Source of the DNA: an uncultured Bacteroidales bacterium
GTDB lineage: Bacteria > Bacteroidota > Bacteroidia > Bacteroidales > VadinHA17
Assembly (NCBI GenBank): GCA_963831935.1
Contig: CAWHSH010000003.1
Location: forward strand, 177,518 to 241,517
Reading direction: 5' to 3'
DNA length: 64,000 bases
Shown here: in pieces, positions 30,152 through 39,683 of the stretch
Layout of the letters: every line of letters starts with the position of its first letter
Numbering within the stretch: the stretch's first letter is position 1
Program-made: the position numbers and the translations under genes
Notes under the pieces: generated by a model
Seen by the model: only the letters and a program-made list of their open reading frames with translations
Told to the model about the DNA's origin: nothing
Databases searched by the model: none

Positions 30152-32194
30152 TTACCTTTTATATTGACCCAGGTAATCCTTGACCTGGCGATAAACATTC
30201 TCTGCAGTAAATCCAAATTTTTCATCGAGCACTTTGTACGGAGCCGAAAAACCAAAACTGGTTACGCCCCATATCCTTCCATTTTGACCTGCAAGGCCCC
30301 TCAACGTAACAGGCAGTCCGGCTGTAAGGCCAAAAACAGGGATATTGTCAGGGAGAACAGATTTCTGATAATCTTCGGCCTGGTTCCTGAACAGGCCCTC
30401 CGACGGAGCTGAGACAATCCTTATTTTCAGGTTATCCTTCTTCAGCAGTTCCGCTCCTTCGAAAAGTGTAGCAACCTCCGAACCGCTTGCGATAAGTATA
30501 ATGTCAGGCGTGCCGTTGCAGTCCAGAGCAACATAGGCTCCTTTTTCCGCCTTCAGGGAGTCGGAATACCTGTCATTGGTTTCCGAAGGAAGATCTTTTA
30601 TGTTTTGTCTTGAGAGGATAAGGGCGGTTGGGGTCTTAGTATTTTCAAGCGCCATCTTCCATGCAATGGTGGTTTCATTTGAATCCGCCGGCCTGATTAC
30701 AAGCATGCTGTTTTTCCCGTGATGATTTTTCAGTTGCTCCATCAGCCTGATCTGCGCTTCCTGTTCGACTGGCTGATGGGTTGGCCCATCTTCTCCGACG
30801 CGGAAAGCATCGTGTGTCCAGATATATTTTACCGGCAATCCCATAATGCAGGCAAGTCTCACAGCCGGTTTCATGAAATCAGAAAAAACGAAGAATGTTC
30901 CGCAGGCAGGAATTACTCCACCATGCAAAGCCATCCCACTTATAATTGCAGCCATTGTCAGCTCTGATACTCCGGCCTGAAGGAAGGCACCTGTGAAATC
31001 TCCTTTTGTGAAAGCTTTTGAATTTTTTAGAAAACCGTCGGTTTTATCAGAATTTGAAAGGTCAGCTGAAGCTACCACCATGTTTTCAACTTTTTTAGCA
31101 AGTACGCCAAGGACTATAGAAGAAGCAGCTCTTGTTGCAGAGCCTTCTTTTTGGACGATTGATTTAAAGTCGATTTCAGGGATACCTCCCGAGTAGAAGA
31201 GATGAAGTTTTTTGTCGAGCTCACTATTATTTGATGCCCATTCATCTTTCCTTTTCTTCCAGTCAGCAGCAACCTTGCGCTTTTCAGCAAGTATATCGGC
31301 ATATAATTGTTTCACATCATTAAAAACCGCAAACGGATCAGAAATATCTCCGCCGAGGTTGATAAGCGACTTTTCGAACGATCCGCCTGCCTCACTCACG
31401 GGCATCCCATGGGTCGACGTTTTCCTTTCAAAACTGTTCCCTTCGTTGTCAAGAAGACCTTTACCCATGGTCGTCTTTCCGATGATTATAGTCGGCTTTT
31501 CCTTTTCGGCAAGTGCCTTATTCAGTGCCTCTCTGATCTGATCCTGATCGTTGCCATTGATATTCAGCACATTCCATCCCCAGGCTTTATATTTCATTGA
31601 GGTATCCTCATTTGTAACAGCTCTGGTTTCGGTTGAAAGCTGAATATCGTTTGAATCATAGAACATTATCAGATTACAAAGGCCAAGGAAACCGGCCAGG
31701 CGACCTGCTCCCTGTGAAATCTCTTCCTGGATTCCTCCATCGGAGATATAAGTATATATTTTGTGTGAAAAAAGTTCGCCAAATCTTGCTGCAAGGAATC
31801 TTTCAGCAATCGCTGCGCCAACAGCCATGGTATGGCCTTGTCCAAGAGGTCCGGATGTATTTTCAATTGCTTTTGTGATATCCAGTTCAGGATGACCCGG
31901 GGTTGCGCTGCCCCATTGCCTGAAGTTTTTTAAATCATCAATACTTAAGTGTCCGGTCAGCATAAGGATCGAATAGAGCATCGGTGACATATGACCGGGA
32001 TCGAGAAAGAATCGGTCGCGGTTAATCCAGGAAGGATCATCGGGATCGAAATTCAGGAATCCGGAAAAGAGTATATGAATAAAGTCAGCTCCTCCCATTG
32101 CACCTCCCGGATGGCCCGATCTGGCTTTTTCAACCATCGACATTGAAAGGATCCGTATGTTATCCGCTGCTCTTTTATCTATATCGCTTTTCAT
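30152..32194 (-). CDS. tkt: transketolase
   Basis: SGHPGGAMG thiamine-diphosphate motif and full-length transketolase layout. The likely start is MKSDIDKRAADNIR at 32194; the track ORF starts at 32236. Confidence 0.9.
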   Translation of the reverse strand: MKSDIDKRAADNIRILSMSMVEKARSGHPGGAMGGADFIHILFSGFLNFDPDDPSWINRDRFFLDPGHMSPMLYSILMLTGHLSIDDLKNFRQWGSATPGHPELDITKAIENTSGPLGQGHTMAVGAAIAERFLAARFGELFSHKIYTYISDGGIQEEISQGAGRLAGFLGLCNLIMFYDSNDIQLSTETRAVTNEDTSMKYKAWGWNVLNINGNDQDQIREALNKALAEKEKPTIIIGKTTMGKGLLDNEGNSFERKTSTHGMPVSEAGGSFEKSLINLGGDISDPFAVFNDVKQLYADILAEKRKVAADWKKRKDEWASNNSELDKKLHLFYSGGIPEIDFKSIVQKEGSATRAASSIVLGVLAKKVENMVVASADLSNSDKTDGFLKNSKAFTKGDFTGAFLQAGVSELTMAAIISGMALHGGVIPACGTFFVFSDFMKPAVRLACIMGLPVKYIWTHDAFRVGEDGPTHQPVEQEAQIRLMEQLKNHHGKNSMLVIRPADSNETTIAWKMALENTKTPTALILSRQNIKDLPSETNDRYSDSLKAEKGAYVALDCNGTPDIILIASGSEVATLFEGAELLKKDNLKIRIVSAPSEGLFRNQAEDYQKSVLPDNIPVFGLTAGLPVTLRGLAGQNGRIWGVTSFGFSAPYKVLDEKFGFTAENVYRQVKDYLGQYKR

Positions 32195-32295
32195 AAAAAA
32201 TTTAAGATTATCCGTTAATAAATTCAACGGAAACAAAATTAGGATTTATTGACGACAGGGCAAAACCGGATCGAATTCAGGAACCCGGGGATCCT

Positions 32296-32709
32296 TTACA
32301 GATATTTTCTGTCTTCCTCCGGAACATCAAAGTACTTATCGTACTTGACAGCATCAGGTCCTATCATTTCAACACCCGATGCACTGAGCTTGAATGTACA
32401 TTTTTCCCCAACAATATCCGAAAAGTAAATATCGTACTCCTTGCCATTATCATCAACCATGATTATCCTGACAAGATGATCGTACTTCAGACTGTTCAGA
32501 TGAGCGTGGCAGATGGGACATTTAATTAAGTACTCTTCTCCTTCTTCCATTTTAAAAGTAGAATGCGTAGTAACCGTATAATTCCCAAGTTCGGGATTCA
32601 GCAAGAAGAGCCCTTTTTTATTGCTGTTGTTTTTTAATGCAGCAAGGATTATTGAAGTTTTTACGTTCAGAACTCCTCTGCAGGCTTTACATAAGTATTC
32701 GGTTGCCAT
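32296..32709 (-). CDS. hypothetical CxxC...CxxC (zinc-ribbon-like) protein, last gene of the hydrogenase operon
   Basis: 137-aa ORF with CKAC (aa 7-10) and CPIC (aa 64-67). It starts 18 nt after the hydrogenase protease gene. I recognise no family. Confidence 0.5.
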   Translation of the reverse strand: MATEYLCKACRGVLNVKTSIILAALKNNSNKKGLFLLNPELGNYTVTTHSTFKMEEGEEYLIKCPICHAHLNSLKYDHLVRIIMVDDNGKEYDIYFSDIVGEKCTFKLSASGVEMIGPDAVKYDKYFDVPEEDRKYL

Positions 32710-32727
32710 AAAGTACCTCCTGTTAAT

Positions 32728-33177
32728 TTAGTATGAATTAATAATATTAATTATTTTATCAGCTTCCTCCTTTACAAGATAAGATATATTTTCACCAAAA
32801 TTAATTTTTTCTGGTTGTATGCCCAGCAAATAAACCTGCATTTTAAAAAAATCCTGAAATCTTTTCAGGGAAATATTATGCGTGTTGAAAGTCAGATCAT
32901 GTATCTTACTTAATGACATTAGCTTATGTGTTCCGGGGGTTGATTTCATATCGACACAGTCAATCAGCACAAGAATATCCGGGTTCAGTGAATTAATTTT
33001 ACCAATATAGTTTTCAAGGCTTACTTCAACAGTAAGGGCTGATATTAAAGAGGTATTTTTTATGTTTGAACTTATGTAAACGCCAACGCCATCATCCATC
33101 CTGAGGAGATTTCCGATACCGACAAAAAGTATTTTCTTATCTTTTTGTGAAAGAAGATTATTAAGGCTATCAGGCAC
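32728..33177 (-). CDS. hydrogenase maturation endopeptidase (HycI/HyaD family)
   Basis: 149-aa ORF with the GIGNLLRMDDGVGVY motif characteristic of [NiFe]-hydrogenase C-terminal processing proteases. Confidence 0.75.
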   Translation of the reverse strand: MPDSLNNLLSQKDKKILFVGIGNLLRMDDGVGVYISSNIKNTSLISALTVEVSLENYIGKINSLNPDILVLIDCVDMKSTPGTHKLMSLSKIHDLTFNTHNISLKRFQDFFKMQVYLLGIQPEKINFGENISYLVKEEADKIINIINSY

Positions 33178-33790
33178 CCTTGAATAAATATTTCAACAGA
33201 ATCTGCCGCAGGCAGTTCGGACAAATGATATTGAACATATCTTTTCTTTTTAGTCCGTCTTTGATTTCCACGTCTGTATCCTGACCTTCCGCAAGCCTTA
33301 GCTTCTGGTTCAGCAGGTTAAGATTGAGGATTGAAGAGAAAGCCTGGGGACCGAGTTTCCTGTGCATGAAATGCAAATGTTCTTTAGTTGTTATCACCGC
33401 ATGGCAGCTTTCACAAATAAGAAGTTCTTTTTCCTGATATTCTATGTTTTTACTCCGGTCAAATACTGCCAGATCAAAGATCTTGTCAGACAATTTCACT
33501 CCTTTCTGTGTAATGCAATGTTCCTGACACTGACCACAGAAAATACACAATCCATAGTCCCTTTTTATTGTCCTTACACCTTTATCCGTATCATCCGTGA
33601 ATGTTATTGCATTAGGAGGGCAAACATTGGCACATGTTTCGCACCCCACGCAGTTTTCATCATCAACAACAGGTTTGCCTCTGAAATTCTCAAAAGGAAT
33701 GTGAGGCTGAGCAGGAAATTTTGAAGTATAGGCCGGAGTAACAAGTGAAATCACTGCTTCCTTTAATTCTCTGATCTTTGGGTACTTCAT
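33170..33790 (-). CDS. NuoI/HycF/MbhN-like 2x[4Fe-4S] subunit with a C-terminal Cys-rich extension
   Basis: 206-aa ORF with CVGCETCANVCP and CIFCGQCQEHC motifs, plus later CESC and CPNC pairs. Confidence 0.7.
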   Translation of the reverse strand: MKYPKIRELKEAVISLVTPAYTSKFPAQPHIPFENFRGKPVVDDENCVGCETCANVCPPNAITFTDDTDKGVRTIKRDYGLCIFCGQCQEHCITQKGVKLSDKIFDLAVFDRSKNIEYQEKELLICESCHAVITTKEHLHFMHRKLGPQAFSSILNLNLLNQKLRLAEGQDTDVEIKDGLKRKDMFNIICPNCLRQILLKYLFKGA

Positions 33791-34104
33791 TTTATTGTCT
33801 CCTTATAATCATCTTTCACACTTTTCTTGCCGAGTTTTACCCCGAAATGGTAAGTCCCTCTTATAAGTGCATGAGCAGCTACGGTTGATCCGAAGAATAG
33901 TATTGGTATTGCAATCAGAGCCTTGGCTCCGGCATCGCTGAAACCAAAATGAAAAATAACACCAACAAGGATGCTGCAGCATCCGAGTGTGACACATTTA
34001 GTGGCTGCCTGTAGCCTGTTGTATGTATCCGGAAGCCTTATTATTCCGATACAGCCAAGCAGGTTAAAGAGAATGCCGATAGTTATGAAAACGAGACTTA
34101 TCAT
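33787..34104 (-). CDS. Mrp antiporter subunit G-like (MnhG/MbhC-like)
   Basis: 105-aa membrane protein. LLGCIGIIRLPDTYNRLQAATKCVTLG matches the MnhG signature. Confidence 0.7.
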   Translation of the reverse strand: MISLVFITIGILFNLLGCIGIIRLPDTYNRLQAATKCVTLGCCSILVGVIFHFGFSDAGAKALIAIPILFFGSTVAAHALIRGTYHFGVKLGKKSVKDDYKETIK

Positions 34105-34105
34105 A

Positions 34106-34372
34106 TTATTCGTTAAGTTTTTTGCCGGTCAGGTATTTTGCCAGGGTCAGAGTCCCGATGAAGCTCAGAATGATCCACGCAATACCGATGTCAAGAATGA
34201 ATGATTTTTCAGTCAGGATGGAAATTATCGCACAGATGCCCACAACCAGTATCCCAAAAATATCAATACCAACCATCCGGTCCGGAATTGTGGGTCCGCG
34301 GATTATCCTGTACAGACAGATGCTGCTTAGTCCGATCTGGATATAAAGCAATATGTTCAGATATTCTGTCAT
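34106..34372 (-). CDS. Mrp antiporter subunit F-like (MnhF/MbhB-like)
   Basis: 88-aa membrane protein with an RIIRGPTIPDRMVGIDIFG motif. Confidence 0.7.
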   Translation of the reverse strand: MTEYLNILLYIQIGLSSICLYRIIRGPTIPDRMVGIDIFGILVVGICAIISILTEKSFILDIGIAWIILSFIGTLTLAKYLTGKKLNE

Positions 34373-34866
34373 TCTATGATTCTTTTGATGTACTTTTCAA
34401 ATGCACCGGTAATTATAGGTGTATAAACCTCAGGATCTTCCGACCTCACGTAGATCCAGTGAATATAAAGATAGTCACCGATAATATCGACTGATATTGT
34501 ACCCGGAGTCATTGTAATTGAGTTTGCCAGCAGAGTTTTTGCCAGGTCGGATTTCAGGGTGGTTTTGACTTTCACAATTCCCGGCCTTATCGGCATCGCC
34601 GGATGGAGAACCCTGTAAGCAACATCAAAGTTTGCTTTTATACACTCCCATATAAAAACCCCCAGGTAAATTATAAACCAGAAATAGCGATGAGGCTGAA
34701 TAAGCTTGTATACATTGCCTATAAAAAACCTTGTAAATATTGCGGAGCAGATCAGCGAGGCAACAGCACCGACTATTATGTTCGGGACAGTAAGCCTGAA
34801 CGTCAGCATCAACCAGAAAATAAGCGAAAGTATAAAGACTGTTACGTACCTCATTTCAGATTCCAA
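34369..34866 (-). CDS. Mrp antiporter subunit E-like (MnhE/MbhA-like)
   Basis: 165-aa protein with two N-terminal TM segments. Position and size match MrpE; the start could instead be the ATG at 34854. Confidence 0.6.
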   Translation of the reverse strand: MESEMRYVTVFILSLIFWLMLTFRLTVPNIIVGAVASLICSAIFTRFFIGNVYKLIQPHRYFWFIIYLGVFIWECIKANFDVAYRVLHPAMPIRPGIVKVKTTLKSDLAKTLLANSITMTPGTISVDIIGDYLYIHWIYVRSEDPEVYTPIITGAFEKYIKRIIE

Positions 34867-36394
34867 TTATGAAAGTTGAATATTTAACAGGATCAGTCAG
34901 AATATTTATTGCGGGCATCAGGACAATATCCCTTATACCGGGAAACGCCAGGAGACTCAGTGCGATGCACAGAAGGCTCATTATTACCATACTGAAAATC
35001 ATCGGGAATGGCACTTCTTTTATTTTCTTTTGACTATTATCTTCAGATTTATTGAAAAAGGCATATCGCTGAAATTTCAGAAATGAAGCCAGGGTTATAA
35101 TACTAACAATAACTGCAAGCAGGGCCAGCAGGTAAAATTTGCCCATGATGGCAGCTATGATTATTATCAGCTTGCTGAAGAAACCGTTGAATGGGGGTAT
35201 TCCTGAAATTGACATCGAAGCAATAAAGGAAGTTGAAGAAGTGGCAGGCATATATTTTGCCAGTCCTCCCATCTCATGCAGATCACGTGTCCCTGTGGTG
35301 TACTCGATAGCTCCTGCATTCAGAAATAAAAGGCCTTTAAATGCAGCATGGTTAACAAGATGGAAGAGTCCTCCGGCTATGGCCAGTGAAGCTACTTCCG
35401 ACTTTCCCCCCCGTGAAATAAGAATCATACCTATGCCAACCGACATCACCACATACCCCATCTGGCTGATACTGTGATATGCCAGGAGCCTCTTGATATC
35501 CCACTGACCTATAGCCAGGAAGACTCCGATAACCATCGATAATGTTCCGAGTGTTGTAATGAGTACTGACATGCTTTCGCTCAGTTCGAACATATTGAAG
35601 AACAGCCTGATAATCACGTAAATACCGACAGCTTTTATTAATACTCCGGAAAGCATCGCTGATATCGGGGAAGGTGCGGATGAATGCGCATCAGGCAGCC
35701 AGGCATGGAATGGGATAATCGCAGCTTTCAGTCCGAATCCGCACAGGATCAGTAATTCAACAAGAAGATAAAATGGCCTGTCGTAACCACCTTTAAAAGC
35801 TTCTTTAATATCGGCAATATTAAGTGTCTTGGTTTTCCAGTAAATGAATGCGATCCCGAAAAGTATTAAAAATGAGGCAATCCCGCCAAGTACCTGGTAT
35901 TTAAACGAAGCCTCAAGTTCATTCTTTTCAACGCCAAATGCTACAAGGGCATAGGATGAGATGACTGAGATCTCAAGAAATACAAAAATGTTGAACAGGT
36001 CGCCGCTGAGGACAACTCCGTTCATACCACCCACCATAAGACAGAAGAGGGCATAGAACAGATTTTCGGCTGTGAATCTTTTAATATAGGATATTGAATA
36101 GAAGACTGATAAAAAGCCTACAACATTAATTATGCAAAGAACAATAACAGTGAAACCGTCCATAACCATATATATTCCGATAGGAATTTTATTCACCGGT
36201 TCCCATCCGCCTACCTTATACAAGGAGGCATTTTCTCCGGTTGTTGCAGCCGAATAGACGCTGAATATAGCAAGTATAAGAAGCACCAGCGCGGCAAAGT
36301 ACTTGTTAAAATTCTTAATAAACCGGCCAAGAATCATGATCAGGAAAGCTCCTGCCAGTGGGATAACAACAAACAATGGGATTAGCGGATTCAT
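34856..36394 (-). CDS. MrpD/NuoM/NuoN-like proton-conducting membrane subunit (MbhH-like)
   Basis: 512-aa polytopic protein. WLPDAHSSAPSPISAMLSG and LAYHSISQMGY motifs are typical of the antiporter-like subunit family. Confidence 0.8.
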   Translation of the reverse strand: MNPLIPLFVVIPLAGAFLIMILGRFIKNFNKYFAALVLLILAIFSVYSAATTGENASLYKVGGWEPVNKIPIGIYMVMDGFTVIVLCIINVVGFLSVFYSISYIKRFTAENLFYALFCLMVGGMNGVVLSGDLFNIFVFLEISVISSYALVAFGVEKNELEASFKYQVLGGIASFLILFGIAFIYWKTKTLNIADIKEAFKGGYDRPFYLLVELLILCGFGLKAAIIPFHAWLPDAHSSAPSPISAMLSGVLIKAVGIYVIIRLFFNMFELSESMSVLITTLGTLSMVIGVFLAIGQWDIKRLLAYHSISQMGYVVMSVGIGMILISRGGKSEVASLAIAGGLFHLVNHAAFKGLLFLNAGAIEYTTGTRDLHEMGGLAKYMPATSSTSFIASMSISGIPPFNGFFSKLIIIIAAIMGKFYLLALLAVIVSIITLASFLKFQRYAFFNKSEDNSQKKIKEVPFPMIFSMVIMSLLCIALSLLAFPGIRDIVLMPAINILTDPVKYSTFIIGI

Positions 36395-36397
36395 ATT

Positions 36398-36736
36398 TTA
36401 TCCTCTTAAGTTCTTAATCTCTCTGATATCGAAAGTCCCGTATTTACGGTAAAGCCTTATAATAATCGCCATCATCATTGCCGTTGTGGCAAGCCCGATT
36501 ACAATCGCAGTGAGTACCAATGCCTGGGGCAATGGATCGACATAAATTTTAGCCGGATTGGCCGGATCGACTATAGGAGCCACTCCTTCGTCGATATAGC
36601 CAATAAGGGCAAAAAACAGGAATGTGCTAAATTCCATGATGGACAGGGAGATCGCAATTTTGACAAGATTCCTCCTGGTTATTGCTCCGTAGAGTCCGAC
36701 AAGAAACAGTATAAAACACAACCAATAGACTGTCAT
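36398..36736 (-). CDS. MrpC/NuoK-like subunit (MbhG-like)
   Basis: 112-aa protein with three TM segments. The N-terminus LVGLYGAITRRNLVKIAISLSIME is typical of NuoK/MnhC. Confidence 0.7.
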   Translation of the reverse strand: MTVYWLCFILFLVGLYGAITRRNLVKIAISLSIMEFSTFLFFALIGYIDEGVAPIVDPANPAKIYVDPLPQALVLTAIVIGLATTAMMMAIIIRLYRKYGTFDIREIKNLRG

Positions 36737-37170
36737 TCTGAAATTTCTTCTTTAAATATTACCAGAGCCAGAAAAATAGTCAGGATTGAAGATGCAACCT
36801 CAATTCCGACAAATATATTATACAGCGGCAATATTCCGGCGCTTACAAGCTGACCCACAGTTCCCCTTGGAATCCAGTTCAGAAAAAAAACTCTTGCACC
36901 AACCAGTAATCCGCTTACTGCAAGGAAGATTACGACAAGCATTGCCAGGTTCTCATACATTGTCGATCCGGATTCTTCTTTTGTAAGATGCATGAAATCA
37001 CTTCCAAAAGCAAGGATCAGCAGAATGAATGAGCCAGCCAGAATCACTCCTCCGGCAAAGCCTCCTCCGGGGGTAAGATGACCATGGATTATTACATAAA
37101 TTCCGTAAAGGAAAACCATGCCTGAAATAAGCTGGGTGGTTTTCTTTACTATGATTGTCATTCCTTTCAT
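36733..37170 (-). CDS. MrpB/MnhB-like subunit
   Basis: HLTPGGGFAGGVILA motif of the MnhB domain. The track ORF start (37206, TTG) lies inside a repeat element, so I prefer the ATG at 37170 (MKGMTIIVKK). Confidence 0.65.
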   Translation of the reverse strand: MKGMTIIVKKTTQLISGMVFLYGIYVIIHGHLTPGGGFAGGVILAGSFILLILAFGSDFMHLTKEESGSTMYENLAMLVVIFLAVSGLLVGARVFFLNWIPRGTVGQLVSAGILPLYNIFVGIEVASSILTIFLALVIFKEEISE

Positions 37171-37194
37171 CAATTCATTGTATTTTATATCTTT

Positions 37195-37227
37195 AACCCA
37201 CCCCAAGCCCCTCCCGGGAGGGGATCC
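37195..37227. repeat. GC-rich palindromic repeat (copy A)
   Basis: AACCCACCCCAAGCCCCTCCCGGGAGGGGATCC has a 16-bp perfect palindrome CCCCTCCCGGGAGGGG. The reverse complement of 58837-58869 matches it at 30 of 33 positions. It lies between two mrpB-like genes inside the operon. Confidence 0.85.
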
Positions 37228-37230
37228 AAA

Positions 37231-37761
37231 TCAATATTTCTTTCCTTTAATTCTTAATATGGTCAATACTCCCAAAACCGCGGTTACAAGCACAGTTGCT
37301 TCGCCCATGGTATCGTAACCCCTGAAATCAAATACCACTCCTGTAACAAGATTGGCACTGCCTGTTTTTCCGGCTGCTCCTTCAATATATGGACCGGCCA
37401 TACGCAATGTACTGTCGCCGAAATTATTGAGAGTCTCTGTTGAAATTACGAAGAAATAAAACAAGATCACTATCAACAATACACTCGTAATAATTGAGAT
37501 GTAATTGTACGTATCAGGTTTTGAAAAAGGCTCTTCGCGCGAACTGTCGAGAACAACAGCCACCATGATGATCAGAGTGATGGTTTCCACAACTATCTGT
37601 ACAATTGCCAGATCAGGAGCTTTCAGAAGCAGGAAGCAAATGACCAAACCGTAACCAACAATACCGCAGGCAATTACCGCTGACAACAGGTCGCGCGCAT
37701 GGATGGCATACAATGCTCCTAAGATCATTAATCCTGTTATTATGCATATAGCAATTTCCAT
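37231..37761 (-). CDS. DUF4040 (MbhD-like) + MnhB-related (MbhE-like) membrane subunit
   Basis: The likely start is MEIAICIITGL at 37761. The C-terminal half carries NLVTGVVFDFRGYDTMGEATVL, the MnhB-related signature. Confidence 0.65.
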   Translation of the reverse strand: MEIAICIITGLMILGALYAIHARDLLSAVIACGIVGYGLVICFLLLKAPDLAIVQIVVETITLIIMVAVVLDSSREEPFSKPDTYNYISIITSVLLIVILFYFFVISTETLNNFGDSTLRMAGPYIEGAAGKTGSANLVTGVVFDFRGYDTMGEATVLVTAVLGVLTILRIKGKKY

Positions 37762-37775
37762 ACAGCTGAATTTAT

Positions 37776-39674
37776 TTATATCATGACAAGCAACATAATA
37801 ACCAATCCCGCACATACCCAGATTATATAAGCCGGCAACACACCTGTATGGGCATCGCTGAACAGATGGCTTACCCAGAGAACAAGTTGCTTTGACAGGT
37901 CATAAACGTCAAACCACTTCTTTTCGGCTTTTTTGTACATCCATGAAAAGAATCCGATTTCAGAGATTGTTTTATAGAATTCAGGAGTCGGATAGCCTGT
38001 TTCATCCTGTATTGTTTCTCCGCCGATGAAGCTGTCTTCTGTTCTGAATTTTTTCAACCCCGAGGCGACGTAGATTATTATCCCCAGGATAATGGAAACT
38101 AGTACCAGAAGAGATACAAAAGAGGAATTCCAGAAACCTGTAAACTGGAATTCACCCGATACAGGCATAAGGAATTTTGGTACTATCAGGTTTGTTGCAA
38201 ATACTCCGAAGATGATACAAAAAAGAGCAAGAATTATCATGGGTATCCACATTAAAGCCGGAACCTCCCTGACCTTCTCAAGGGAAGCCTTTCGACGACT
38301 AAGGAAAATCCCTCCTATAAATTTTATAAAGCTGGCTAATGTCAGCGCTGATCCAAGGACCGCTAATCCAAGCCATAATACCCAGAGTTTATTCGCCAGA
38401 CCCGATCCGATTCCAAAATCTATTATACCCTGGTAAATCATCCACTTTGAAGCAAACCCGTTTAAAGGCGGTACACCTGAAATTGACATGGCAAAAATAA
38501 GAGAAGCAAAGAACGTTATGGGCATGGCTTTTGAAAGGCCACCCAGCTCATCGATATTTTCCTCACCTGTCCGGTATTCAACACAACCTGCTGAAAGCAA
38601 CAAACCGCTCTTGTAAAGAGCATGATTAATCATGTGGAAAAGACCTGCAGCTATCCCTATTAGTGAGCCCAGGCCAAATCCAAGTATCATATAACCCACC
38701 TGCGAAACCGCATGAAATCCAAGCAGGCGCTTATAATTATGCTGTACAAGAGCCATCATAACTGCACTGATAATTGTGATTACTCCGATGGTGAGCAGGA
38801 GTAGTCTCATTCCATCATTAAGAATGAATATCCCGGTTGTTAACCTTGCAAGGAAGTATATACCAAGTAATTTGTCGAGTGAGGCCGGAAGCAATGCAGA
38901 TGACGTTGCAGGAGCATTTTTTGCATAATCAGGCACCCATGTATGAAACGGGAAGGCGCCTGCCTTGGTGAAACTGCCGACCAGCAAGGCTAAAAAAGCT
39001 GTTACTGTCAGGGCACTATCGGTAGATAATGATGCATTGCTTATGCTTAACGATCCAGTTAATCGCCATATTATAGCAATTCCTAATAACATAATCGAGT
39101 CTGAAGCTCCGATAAGGATCAGTGTTTTCTTGGCTGTTGCGGAACTTTCTTCATTGTTTCCGGGGATAAGTTTATAAAGTGTTATTCCGAGTATTCCCCA
39201 GAAAAAAATAAAAAGCAACAGATTGTCAGCCAGAACAGCACCATATGAACACCCGATTGTTATCAGAAAATAAGGATAATAATTCATGGCTCTCCCTTTT
39301 TTAATGTAAACCAGGGAGTAGAGAAGGATCAGAAAAGCAAAAATACTGATGAACAAAATTATAAGGCGGCTGAGATTATCAAAATTAAAAACATTGTACC
39401 TTAAAGCGTCTTTAACAAGATCAACTCCAAAAAGTGAGAAACCCGATCTTCCTGTAAGATTTCCGACTGTCGCAAGATTATAGTCAGCACTGAACAGATT
39501 TATTGTCAGGTATCCTGTTACCGTGGTTGCCAAAAGAGCAATTATCCCTTTTATGGTCCTGAATTTTTCTGGTACCAGAAGAAGGAGCAATCCTGCAACT
39601 AAGGGCAGCAGGATCACGATCTGCAGCATTGAGCTTAAAGAGGGTTGAGTTACAATGGTAAATGGCTCATACAT
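37776..39674 (-). CDS. MrpA/NuoL-like proton-conducting membrane subunit
   Basis: 632-aa polytopic protein with WVPDYAKNAPATSSALL and LGFHAVSQVGYM motifs of the antiporter-like family. Confidence 0.8.
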   Translation of the reverse strand: MYEPFTIVTQPSLSSMLQIVILLPLVAGLLLLLVPEKFRTIKGIIALLATTVTGYLTINLFSADYNLATVGNLTGRSGFSLFGVDLVKDALRYNVFNFDNLSRLIILFISIFAFLILLYSLVYIKKGRAMNYYPYFLITIGCSYGAVLADNLLLFIFFWGILGITLYKLIPGNNEESSATAKKTLILIGASDSIMLLGIAIIWRLTGSLSISNASLSTDSALTVTAFLALLVGSFTKAGAFPFHTWVPDYAKNAPATSSALLPASLDKLLGIYFLARLTTGIFILNDGMRLLLLTIGVITIISAVMMALVQHNYKRLLGFHAVSQVGYMILGFGLGSLIGIAAGLFHMINHALYKSGLLLSAGCVEYRTGEENIDELGGLSKAMPITFFASLIFAMSISGVPPLNGFASKWMIYQGIIDFGIGSGLANKLWVLWLGLAVLGSALTLASFIKFIGGIFLSRRKASLEKVREVPALMWIPMIILALFCIIFGVFATNLIVPKFLMPVSGEFQFTGFWNSSFVSLLVLVSIILGIIIYVASGLKKFRTEDSFIGGETIQDETGYPTPEFYKTISEIGFFSWMYKKAEKKWFDVYDLSKQLVLWVSHLFSDAHTGVLPAYIIWVCAGLVIMLLVMI

Positions 39675-39683
39675 AGCATATTG

